Assembly: GCF_021869535.1 (NCBI RefSeq)
Contig: NW_026262674.1
Span: 1,612,001-1,676,000 of the forward strand
Direction of reading: 5' to 3'
DNA length: 64,000 nt
DNA from: Mytilus californianus
Lineage: Eukaryota
Under the pieces are notes generated by a model. That model did not search any database, had not been told where the DNA came from, and worked only from the letters and a program-made list of their open reading frames with translations. Below are positions 49,733-61,359 of the stretch, piece after piece; the first letter of the stretch is position 1, and each line of letters begins with the position of its first letter. The translations under genes and the position numbers were made by a program.

Positions 49733-51794
49733 TCTGAAGAGTGAATCACATATAACTTTAACAGGTTCTAACCGATATTATGTTTTCTCCTGTGAGTTTT
49801 TAAGATAAAGCTATGAATACCAAAGCATTGCTGTCAGCCGAAGTCTCATTTAACGGTTTATTTTATCAGTATGACATGTTTCTCATTCGTCTCCTTAGGG
49901 TCCACTGGAAATTGACAAAACCTGATGACACATATGGGACATTACTTAGATTTATTATCTTATAATTGAGTTCTAAGTTCTACTGTCATCTAATTGTTGT
50001 TAGACATGTCAGCTGGTTTGCTTCAAGACTGACATTTGATTGTTGGCCTGCATAACATGGTCTTCGTCGAGACAGGCATTTAATTGTTGCCTGCATTAGA
50101 AGGTCTGTATTTTGCATTTTTTTTTCAAATTGACGTGTCTTACAGTCTGGTCATGTATCACATACATGTAGATATCTGAAAATATGAAAAAATATCATTT
50201 TAATTGCAGACAACTAAACAAATAAACAGGAATCACGTGTTTACAAATATATGCACACATATTAAATAATAGAAAAGACTGGTGTTGCCGATATCGTTAA
50301 TCTGTTTTATCGGCAATTTGTACATTTTTACTTTAATCGTACTGCCTAATACATGTAATATGTTTCATCTATATCATGGACAGGAACTGATACTTGAAAA
50401 TATTAGTCAATGATGTCACCAATCTAATTAAAATATAGATCTCTGATTTCGTTATACTACATATATCACTGTAATTAAACTACCCCGGCGAAAACTGTTT
50501 GGACTCAATAGTATCTAATGTCCGGTACGGTGACGGGCAATAAATAGACAGAGAAATGTAGAAATTCTGTTAATTTATTTGTTGTTTTTATGATATTGAT
50601 GAATATACATACACATATAACTATCTTCGATAGTGTGATGTAATATTTTCTACCACCGTTCTAGATTTATGGAGAAATAAGTAAAAAAGCACATCAAAAT
50701 GGTGAATTGAGTGAACCCTGCCTCGAATTTGTTTAATTTCTCTTTAAATTGAGCACATTGTACGGAAAGAAAGGTACGGAAAGAAAGATATTAACACGGA
50801 GATTTCAAGACTTTTCACTATGATCACCTCAATATTTGCATGTCTGTGCATGGAATGAAAGAAGTGGGTCATGTCAAAATTGAAGCACCCGGTTTTGTCA
50901 ATGTGTACGACCCGGTTTTGTCCTTAAATTTCACAAAGCAGACCCGGTTTTGTCATAGAAAATAATGCATAATCGCATGACGAAAATTAAAATATGGCGT
51001 TCAACAGCAGTTTGAGGGATCGTTGAAAAACATTTTCTTTCAGAGGATAACTTATAACCTTTTTGAATCCGCAAACACTTGAATTCCTGCTATATTAGAA
51101 CAAAGCAAATTTCAATTTTGTTTTGTATATAAAAAAAAAGGAAAAATTAAAAAGAAATGAGATTTTGAAACAGAATTAGATTTTTTTATATCATCTATGT
51201 AAATTAAAGTGTTCAAACTTAATTAGTGTACGGCCTTGAAAATTTAAGGACGCACATTTGATATGAGATTTTTTGGGACAATAAGATGGTTATCTTAGTG
51301 TTCCGCTCTACATAAAGGGAAGACAGTATAATCGTTTGAAAATAAATATTCTGAAACTAAACGTTCATTATAAAGCAAGAGAATAAGACAAATGTATGTG
51401 CATGCAGAATCGCCCCAAAAAAAGGAATTTCCATGCGGCGCAAAGGATCACAATAATAGTGCGTCAAAAATCTGTTTACCCCTCATTGTTATAATAATAC
51501 TAAGTAGAAATTAGTATAAAAGTCTTTGGCCATCCGGAAATTTCAATAATGATTATTTGATTAGTAATTTATATAAATAAACGATGTTTTATCTCTCTTT
51601 TTTTTTCTTTTTTTTTCTTTTTTTTTAACATTAACAAATTCTTTAATGCAGTAGTATGAAGTTGTTAACAACTGCCCTATATAGTACAACTATTATATAT
51701 ATTAGGTTTATCTCTTCATTGTATAATGATTATCGTACATTGACAAATGTTCTACAATTTAAGCAATTTGGTCAAGTTTAAAATTGTCAATATG

Positions 51795-52013
51795 CAAGGG
51801 CGGACCTAGGCCATGATTTTTGAAAGGGACGTATTCAGAAACGGATTTTATACCGCCGAGCATAGCAAGGGGAACTTTTTTTAACGATTTTATGCTAAAT
51901 AAAAAATCCTATATAAATCGTAAAAAACATAAAATAATTATTTCTAGCCACCAAAAAAAAAAGGGGGGGGGGGGGGTCGGCGCACTCCCTCTACTCCCCT
52001 GGATCCGCCACTG
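51795..52013. mobile_element. GC-rich hAT-like MITE nested in the MULE
   Basis: CAAGGGCGGACC ... GGATCCGCCACTG termini; TSD not evident. Confidence 0.55.
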
Positions 52014-52616
52014 ATATAATGTAACTATATCGTATACCATCATAAAATTTAATAAAAGACGAAAAAACAGAGACAGCCGCCAATCCCATATTTACTATAG
52101 GGGATCTATAATCAAATGAGTTAAGCCTTTTTCAACTCACTGAATTATAAAATTTGTTCATATGTTGTGCTGTTATACCACTTTTTTTTTTGAGGGGGAT
52201 CGTAAGGGGGGGGGGGGGTCTTACACGTTCAACCTCGCCATTCTGTATGTACCAGTACCGAATTCAGGAGCCTGTAAATCGGTTGTTGTCTTTTGTTGCT
52301 ATATATCATACATGTATTTGTTTTTCGTTTTTTATTTTGTACATAAATCTAGGTCATTAGTTTCCACATTAGTTTTTTTTTTTACAGTTTTCATTTCGGG
52401 GCCTTTTTTAGCTTGCTATGCCGTATGGACGTTTCTCATTGTTGGATGCCATACGGTGTTCTATATTTGTTAACTTATACGTCATTTTACCTCTGATGGA
52501 AAGTTGTCTCATTGTCATTTTTCACGGGCTAAATTGCCTATTAGGTTGTTCTACGAAGACGAAGACGAAGATATTGGACGTTATAATGTTGCAAACCAAC
52601 TTTTATTTATAAAAAG

Positions 52617-52777
52617 AAATAATACTTTCATGCCATGCTCAATTCTCATTTTAACATAGGAAGGCATTATATTTGTTAAAATTTTTAAACCAAGCGTTAG
52701 CCAGGTATAAAATATTGACAAATATAATGCATACCTATGTTAAAATGAGCGTAGAGCATGGCATGATAGAATTATTT
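52617..52777. mobile_element. Foldback palindrome centred on GCGTTAGC
   Basis: TCATGCCATGCTC..CTCATTTTAACATAGG..GCATTATATTTGT pairs with ACAAATATAATGC..CCTATGTTAAAATGAG..GAGCATGGCATGA. Confidence 0.75.
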
Positions 52778-53159
52778 TGTTTCTAATGGGGAAGTTTAGA
52801 ACTTGTGTATTTCGAAGCGGACATAAAATGCACGTTCGAAAGGCAACCATTTTGATTGAGATATCCAAAACGTTCTAATAGATATAAGAAGATGTGGTAT
52901 GAGTGCCAATGAGACAACGCTCCATCCAAGTCACAATTTGTAAAAGTAAACCATTATAGGTCAAAGTACGGCCTTCAAAAAGGAGCTTTTTCTCTCACTG
53001 TCCGTCAATGGATGAACGAATGAGTAAATATATTGTAAACATAGCGTATAGTGTAGTAAAGCATACTATCCTTACTCTTCTGATAAATTGATATGGTAAC
53101 ACAATTATTCCACATCTTCTTATTTTTACATCATTACAGTAGTATAGAAAACAAACAAA

Positions 53160-53605
53160 CATTTTTGAGATGTATTTCTGTTTGTATCCATCTGATGACT
53201 TAAGCCTTTTTCAACTGATTTTTATAGTTCGTAATTCTTATGTTGTACTGTTACACCAATTTCCTAGGTTAGGGGGAGGGTTGGGATCCCGCTAAGATGT
53301 TTAACCCCGCCCCATTCTGTATATATTTACCTGTCCCAAGCCAGGAGCCTGTATTTCAGTGGTTGTCGTTTGTTGCTGTGTTACATATTTGTTTTTCGTT
53401 CATTTTTTTGTACATAAATTAGGCCGTTAGTTTCCTCGTTTGAATTGTTTTACACTTGTCATTTGGGTGCCTTTATTGCTGACTATGTTGTATGAGCTTT
53501 GTTCATTGTTGAAGGCCATACGGCGACCTATAGTTGTTAATTTCTGTGTCATTTGATCTCTTGTGACGAGCTGTCTCATTGGCAATCACACCACATCTTC
53601 TTTTT
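53160..53605 (+). mobile_element. Penelope-like 3' region solo fragment
   Basis: Reverse complement of ~45230-45660; further fragments at 52130-52500, 52880-52980, 16780-16890 and 63955-64000. Confidence 0.8.
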
Positions 53606-55619
53606 TCTATCATAAGGAATTAATGTAAGTACATGATATAAAGTATTTATTTCCATTTAAACTTAGTTCGAAGATAAGATCAATAAGGTATACGTATAGC
53701 ATTAAAAAATGTCTACTCCCCATTTCGAAAAGTTCCCGTTTGAAATATATTTTAACACATGTTTGTATTGCAATAACATCTTTATAACATCTTTTTGACT
53801 CAAATATTTAATTTCTTCCGATGGGCAATGTCCAGATCCGTGCTAACGTAGCTTTTCATAAATTTGTGGTTTCAAAACAAAACAAAACCGGGTCCTATAC
53901 TGAGACAAAACAGGGTCCTTGTGTAATAAACAACATTGACGAAACAGGGTCCTTCCATTTTGACATGACCCATTTATTTCGTTCCATGCACAAAAAATGC
54001 AAATATTGAGGTGCTCATAGTGACTAGCCATGCAATCTCTGTGTTAATATCTTTCTTTCCGTACTTTTCTTTCCGTACAATGTGCACAATTTAAAGAGAA
54101 ATTAAACAAATTCGTAGCAAGGTTCACTCAATTCACCATTTTCGTGTGCTTTTTTACTTATTTCTCCATTAATCTAGAACGGTTGTAGAAAATATTACAT
54201 CACACAATCGAAAATATTTATATGTGTATGTTTATTCTTCAATGTCATTAAAAAACAAATAAACAGAAATTCTACCTTTTCTCTGTCTGTTGATTGTCCG
54301 TCACCGTACCGGACATTAGATACTATCGAGTCCAAACATTTTTTGCCGGGGTAGTTTAGACACAGTGTATATATGAGTGTATAACGAAATCAGAGATCTA
54401 TATTTTAATTAGATTGTGATGTCACTAAACACTGCAGCAATGTACGTCATATTGTCACGTGTTCGTATCCACCCGCTTCAATTTTTCAATGACAATTCAC
54501 GCGACTTCATTCATACAACCAAACACTATCACAACGTTTCATACACGTAAAAGTGGTTTTACTAAACAAGTTAATTGTTTTTATTTTCTCAACAAAAACA
54601 ACCTTTTTTTAAAGCAAATTTAATTTTTACTACGGATGAAAAAAAAAATAGCATTGTATTTGTTTGATCGTCTGCTCCAAATGACGGTATACTATTATAT
54701 AGTGTCAACATTGGCAACTACACATGATGGCAAGTTATTTTATGTCAAGTACTGGAGCTTTCTGTCGTTTAATTCCAGACGATCTACAAATGGTCAAACT
54801 TCCACTTGTGACTCTTGTTAATATGGTCAAGTAAAAAAGGGAACATGAAAAACATAATAACTGCTAAAATTGACTGAAATACTTGCATATATATATTCAA
54901 TGATTAAGAACTGATTGACCGGATAGGTCAGGATGGACCCAGTATTGCATGTATTTTATGTTTACTTTTATTTTGCCGCCCTTGCGTTCCATACATATAT
55001 ATAAATAGACACGATACATCCAAGGTAACACGCATATTTATTTAGTATTATCATGATTATTACTATAATCTTATCCTAGATGTCAATATTGACATCGATT
55101 TAAATAATACCTTTAAGATAACATTATTGACTTACGAGTTACTTGATGTAGAGATTAATCAACCCTCAAAATAAGCAATTTTTCGAACGAGTCCAGAACT
55201 TTTGCAACTAATGATATCAAAGGCCGATAACCACAAATTAATACCTATGGAACGTCTGAGAAATAAATCAGGTAACAGTTAATTCTTTGCAGAGGTGGAT
55301 TTCACTCGAAAGTAAATTATATGTTATAAAAAAAATGTGGACAATTTCTTGCCAAAAAGATATATTTTCCTATCAAAGCGAGGCCTTTACGAACACTGAC
55401 GAACCCTCTCTGAATCCGTAGTTGGAAGATTTTACATCTGTACCACAAGCAGAAACAACTATGCAATTATTAAGTGCCTGCATTTGATTTGTACTATTTC
55501 AATAAAATCATTATTTTGTTTGAAATTGAATAAATATACAGCAAAAATACCGGGTTTTTTTCAGTAAGAATTATTTGCAAAAAACACGAGAATACTGATG
55601 ATTGTTGATTTTTGAAATT

Positions 55620-55965
55620 ATTTTTATGCCCAATTAATGGGCATTATGTTTTCTGGTCTGTGCGTCCGTTCGTCCGTTCGTTCGTTCGTTCGTCCGTTCG
55701 TTCGTTCGTTCGTCCGTTCGTTCATTCGTCCGTCCGTTCGTTCGTCCGTCTGTCCCGCTTCAGGTTAAAGTTTTTGGTCGAGGTAGTTTTTGATGAAGTT
55801 AAATTAAGTCTAATCAACTTGAAACTTAGTATACATGTTCACTATGATATGATCTTTCTAATTTTAATGCCAAATTGGAATTTTTCCCCCATTTTCACGG
55901 TCTACTGAATATAGAAAATGATAGTGCGGATGGGGCATCCGTGTACTATGGACACGTTCTTGTTT
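55620..55965 (+). mobile_element. HINE-like element (same family as ~35850-36140)
   Basis: TTATGCCC..GGGCATTATG head, (TTCG)n, tail GGGGCATCCGTGTAC..GGACAC.TTCTTG. Confidence 0.75.
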
Positions 55966-56535
55966 TATTCTTATTTATATTTATATTCACTTAAAGATTT
56001 TCATTGGTTTAATTTTCTTTCACAAATCGATCATCACATGAAGTTAAGAATCCTGAAATTTTGCATCTATTGTAAAATAAACACAACTTACAAATGACTT
56101 ATAAACCTAATTAAAGCTGCATTAAAGATATTTATATAAAATAACAATTGTTTTTTTTAAAGTTAAAAGCTTATTGTTTCAGACTATTCATTAAGAGCAT
56201 CGTGGATTATTTTTATAATTGGTAAATAAGTTACAGCAAAAATTCGAATTTGTTGGCAAACATGGCAAATGTCCAAAGAAAATTCGAGTCGACGGTTTAC
56301 ACCCATTTCATTATTGTCATGTATTGTGTTCATTTGTTTCTTACACTTTCGTCCCAACGTTTAATTTCCTTTTTGTCATAGTTATTTATTTTTTCCATTT
56401 ATACTGAGACTACTATAACAATATTAGTCTCAGATTTATTGTTCAGTTCAGTATAAATAAGGCCTTTCGTTTCTATTGTATCGTGTTGTGTTACTAGCTC
56501 ATTTATTCACAGTTTTGATCAGAGTTGCATGTATA

Positions 56536-58047
56536 TGTTCCGGACCATATGAATATTTGGACCATACGCGTATGGTCATGACTATATGCGTATACTCATA
56601 TGATCCGACCATACGCGTATGGTAAGACCGTAGGGGTATGGTCGGACCATATGAGTATTTATCTTACCTCCTATACATTTCTAGGAATATGATTGGTTAA
56701 AAGCAACCGCTCGGAGACCATGTATATTCCATATTAGGTTAGTAGGCGGGGCTTATTTCAATACACGGTTAGTAGTGGTGTTACGTCCCTTTATAAAAAC
56801 AAAACGGAACTGAGAAAAAATCTTAAAGGTTTCAACAGACGAACAAATTGATGATGAAAGATTGAAATAAATTCATAAAACACATTTAAAGCTAACAAGT
56901 TGTTATTGTTGGCATTTGTTTTTTTGTATGACCAATGGAAGTAGTTTCTTAATGCTAACGGTATTGAAGACTATGCTCACTTTGATAGGTCACTAGTCTA
57001 AATACCACATGTTAAGATAGTTGGTAAGATAAATTCGTTACATAGTGTGCTAGTGACGTAATACGGTATATATGGGGTCAGTAAATACCATATGGGGATT
57101 CGAGCTTCGCTCTCACCCCATATATACCGTATTAGGTCACTAGCACACTATGTAACTTATAATACTCGTTTAGTTATTCACGAGCCGGACCATATGAATA
57201 TTTGGACCATATAGGTATTTTTTCAAATATGCATTAGAAACGTTTCATAATACAATAAACTTTATCATAAAAAAAAAACAATGATGGTTACATAGAAATG
57301 TATTATTTTATAATTCAAAGGCTACAGAAACATTAAATATAGATGCCACAGTCAGTTGATCTTAAGTTTTCGTCGGTAATTGTATTCTTGCATGTATGCT
57401 TAGGGTGACATTAACTTCCACACGGAACAATAGCTTTTCTGCATTTGCACGTCTCAGTTACACCTTTTGCTTGCGAGGGAAAAGCTAGCATTCTTTACAG
57501 CTGTGTACAGTGATACCGAGGTCTTAGGCCATTCCGATGTGTCTATACGGTGTTTTTAAGAATCTCTATTTCTCCAATTTCGTAACATGACTGCAGTAAA
57601 CCATATTCACAAGACAACTTAAATAGCTATGGTCCTTGCCGGTGATGTCATCTACTTTACAAAATAAACGTGGTAAATCACCAGACGCCATGTCAATCAC
57701 CGGTATACGTAAAGTAACAAAATTTCCTTTTACAATATGTGCATTTGGTTTTGTCATCTTCTTATTGTACTTACAAATAGTGAGTAAAATTAACTGTGTG
57801 AAACTGCTTATTTTTATTTAGTTAATCTTTTTTATTATTGAAATATAATAAAATGACATTTTTAATGAAGTGACAACCAGATGGGCTATTCCTTATGAAG
57901 AGTTTAAAAGTATTTAAGTAAACATGTTAATTACCCCGACCATACGCGTACGGTCGGACCATATGCATATGGTCGGACCATATGAGTATATACCAATATG
58001 GTCATGACCATACGCGTATGGTCAAAATACTCATATGGTCCGGAACA
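56536..58047 (-). mobile_element. Ginger-like DNA transposon derivative with palindrome-rich TIRs
   Basis: TGTTCCGGACCATATGA ... TCATATGGTCCGGAACA termini (TGT..ACA), flanks TATA/TAAA; internal minus-strand remnant GNFVTLRIPVID..DLPRL and CKCRK..PCGS*CHPKHTCKN, resembling Ginger2/KRBA2-like integrase C-termini. Confidence 0.7.
57037..57156. mobile_element. Foldback palindrome nested in the Ginger-like element
   Basis: GTTACATAGTGTGCTAGTGACGTAATACGGTATATATGGGG / CCCCATATATACCGTATTAGGTCACTAGCACACTATGTAAC; spacer contains GAGCTTCGCTC. Confidence 0.8.
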
Positions 58048-59045
58048 TAAAATTATATATAACGTACGATTAGTCATAAAAGTTCAAATAACAGTGAAAT
58101 ACTGAACTATATATGATCCCTTAATACAAAAAGCGAGTGGTCAGTGCCCCTACCCTTTTATTTGCTATTATACTCTATATCGTGTCGAAGATTTATCTAT
58201 AAGTCAAATATACACGTATATACTAATTACTATCGATGACAACAATTCGAGCAGTTATCAGAAAGACGTGTCGTAGATTCATCTATAAGTCAAATATACA
58301 TACATATATATACTATCGATGACAACAGTAAGAGCAGTAAACAAAAAGTCGATAAGTATATAATTTATGCATGGTACATTTTTTTAGATAGTAGTACATT
58401 TTGATAGAGGCGGATTTAGGGCGAGGGACAAGGGGCCCGGGCTCCCTTATGGAGCTGTGAACATATATGATCAATACATTGACTTTTTAGGAAAATATCA
58501 CATAAAGGTTGATTTACCTGGGGGCCCTTTTCAGAATCCTGTATCCGTACCAGATTTATTTATATAATCAACATGTGTCACAATCAGGCCTAACAAAATT
58601 AATTTCACTATTCAAAGAAATTTATTTCCCCTTTAGTTCCCTGCTGTAGATCAAGCAACCGAGCCTCTTGTTTTATATTGTAAAAATCCTTTCGTTTTGT
58701 GCTTCATTTTTCGTTTTGTTTCGTCATATTTCGTTTTATTACTTTTCCTTTAGTTTCGTTCGTCCTGTTGTTTTGTTTTTTTCTCTCGTTTTACACTAGA
58801 TAGGGACCACACAATTATTCGAATGAGAGGATGGATTAAGTTTAAGGAATTGAAAATAATGAGCAAAATGTGCAGAACAAACATGATAAAGGACAAACAA
58901 TGAATAGACATAATTGTAGATAAATATAGGCACAAATAGTAAACAATTATAGAATATAGAATAATGGGCAAAATAGATAACGAATAGACCGAACGTAATG
59001 CATTATATATGGGCAATATAAATTAAGAATTGAATGCTTCTTAAA

Positions 59046-59132
59046 GTAAATTTAATTGGGTGTAAAAGCGTTGACCGAAGTACATTTTGTATGAAGCGCA
59101 CGGTCAACGCGTTTACAATCCTATAAAATTAC
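59046..59132. mobile_element. Foldback palindrome with apparently deleted centre
   Basis: TGTAAAAGCGTTGACCG / CGGTCAACGCGTTTACA arms. Confidence 0.6.
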
Positions 59133-59502
59133 TAATTTTAGCAAGTCTTTGACCTAATTGGTCATCCACAATTTTAGTAAGTCTTTCATTTAGAGTTGCA
59201 TCAAGATTATTTTGCAAGATAACAAAGAGACTGATCTGTAGTTATTGGAACCATTGTTTTTATTAGATTTGTACAATGGGACTTCACATGATTTCTTCGT
59301 GTTTTGGGGGTATTTTCCCGTTTTCTGGGAAGCGGCAAAAAAAAAATTTAGAAAAAAGATACCATAGTCAAAAAGATAGATCTTTTAATTGGACATAAAA
59401 TGCAATTTGTAATAATTCATCTTTGAATAAGCTTATTTTTCAGTTGTTGAAATTGTTCTCATGATTATTTTCTTTTTGTCAGACTCCAAGAAACTTACAA
59501 AA

Positions 59503-60843
59503 ATGAAAAGTGAAGACGTCTGCACAGAAACAAATGAAATATCTTGCAACGGAACATCAGCTACTTCTGTGATTGTCTCCCTTGATCGGACTTCCGGTCC
59601 ATTAATGGAGGATCGCTTAGTTAGATGTCATGGCATAGGAATTAGTTATATATGTAAAGTGTGTGGTAAGGAGTGTAATAGCAATGCAGATCTAGAGGAA
59701 CATAAAATAACTCATACCGAAGAACAAGCTTTCAAATGTAAAAAGTGTAATAAAGAGTTTCGTGCATATAGTGTGCTACAGATGCATTTAAAGACACACG
59801 CTAGGTGTTATATATGTGATAAATGCGGTATAGGTTTTCGTAAGGATGATGACTTAAAGACACACTTGAAAAGTCACTCTGAAGATAAACCTAATGTTTT
59901 TACGTGTGATGTATGTGAAAAAGGGTTTAGTCAATATAGGTATCTACAGACCCACATGAGAACACATACTGGAGATAACCCTTATAAATGTGATGTATGT
60001 GGTAGAAGATTTGCTTGTAGTAATTACAAGCAAAATCATATGAGAACACATACTGGTGAAAAACCATATGTATGTGATGTATGTGGAAAAAGTTGTAGCC
60101 AGCTTAGTAGTATACAGAGGCACATGAGAACACATACAGGTGATAAATCTTATAAATGTGATGTATGTGGTAAAGGGTTTACTAACAAATGCTGCTTGAA
60201 GAGACACACAAAAACACACACTGGTGAAAGACCTTTCAAATGTGAAATATGTGGTAATGGGTTTATTCGGAATTGTGACTTACAAAAACACATGAGAATA
60301 CATACTGGCGAAAAACCGTATAATTGTGATGTATGTGGTAAAGGGTTTACTACCAAATGGTACCTGAAGAACCACACAGCAACACACACTGGTGAAAGAC
60401 CTTTCAAATGTGATGTATGTAATAATGGGTTTAGAAAAAATTGCGATATAATTAGACATATGAGAATACATTCTGGTCACGACGATAAACTGTATAAATG
60501 TGATTTATGTGAGAAAAGGTATAGTAAGAAACAGCATTTAACAACTCACATGAGAACACATACTGGTGATAAACCGTATAAATGTGATGTATGTGGGAGA
60601 AGGTTTACTACCAGTTCGTGCCTGAAGAGACACACAACAACACACACTGGTGAAAGACCTTTCAACTGTGATATATGTGGTAAAGGTTTCATTCAGAATT
60701 GCGACTTACAGAAACACATGAGAATACATACTGGTGATAAACCGTATAAATGTGATGTATGTGGTAAAGGATTTAGTCAAAAAGGTCACTTACAAACACA
60801 CATGAGATTACATACTGGTGATAAACCTTTTAAATGTGATTAA
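59503..60843 (+). CDS. ZF-E: C2H2 zinc-finger protein, 14 fingers
   Basis: Acceptor TTTTTGTCAG at 59481-59482, ATG at 59503; 14 fingers; stop falls inside a 15th finger, and decayed fingers follow to ~61100. Confidence 0.9.
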   Translation: MKSEDVCTETNEISCNGTSATSVIVSLDRTSGPLMEDRLVRCHGIGISYICKVCGKECNSNADLEEHKITHTEEQAFKCKKCNKEFRAYSVLQMHLKTHARCYICDKCGIGFRKDDDLKTHLKSHSEDKPNVFTCDVCEKGFSQYRYLQTHMRTHTGDNPYKCDVCGRRFACSNYKQNHMRTHTGEKPYVCDVCGKSCSQLSSIQRHMRTHTGDKSYKCDVCGKGFTNKCCLKRHTKTHTGERPFKCEICGNGFIRNCDLQKHMRIHTGEKPYNCDVCGKGFTTKWYLKNHTATHTGERPFKCDVCNNGFRKNCDIIRHMRIHSGHDDKLYKCDLCEKRYSKKQHLTTHMRTHTGDKPYKCDVCGRRFTTSSCLKRHTTTHTGERPFNCDICGKGFIQNCDLQKHMRIHTGDKPYKCDVCGKGFSQKGHLQTHMRLHTGDKPFKCD

Positions 60844-61184
60844 TATTATACATGTTATAAATGTTTTAGACAGAATACAAATTTAAAGACACACATTAAA
60901 AAAAAAAACACTTATGATAATTAAACCATATACATGTGATGCATGTAGAATAGGATCAGAATTCGACTCTGCTGACATGCGCACTGACAATAAACTACTG
61001 TATAGTTTGCTATGTGTAGTTAATTAAGTAGAAATGACTTTCAGAAACAGAAGATAATTCGTACTTGTGATAACCTTTTGCATGTTTTACGAATGTGATA
61101 TAAGTGGTTCTTTCGTGGCCATGAGTAGCATTTGGATTCTTTAAAATGCCATGTGCCCAATGGATCAATGGCTAATCGGGGGAA

Positions 61185-61215
<31 letters not shown>

Positions 61216-61359
61216 GGTAACAGGGGTTGGAACCCCTTTTTTTACGATCAAATCTTTTGAATTTGGACATATGGTTGGAACCCCCCCCCTGTTATCCTGG
61301 GTTGGAACCCCTTTTAAAAATGGCTGGATTCTTCTTTATTGGCCATGATAGCTGTTGGA

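Larger units (their letters stand above)
50420..54416. mobile_element. Non-autonomous MULE/foldback-type element with ~535-bp TIRs
   Basis: 50420-~50953 is inverted at ~53882-54416; perfect 9-bp TSD TGATGTCAC at 50411-50419 and 54417-54425; no transposase ORF inside. Confidence 0.88.
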
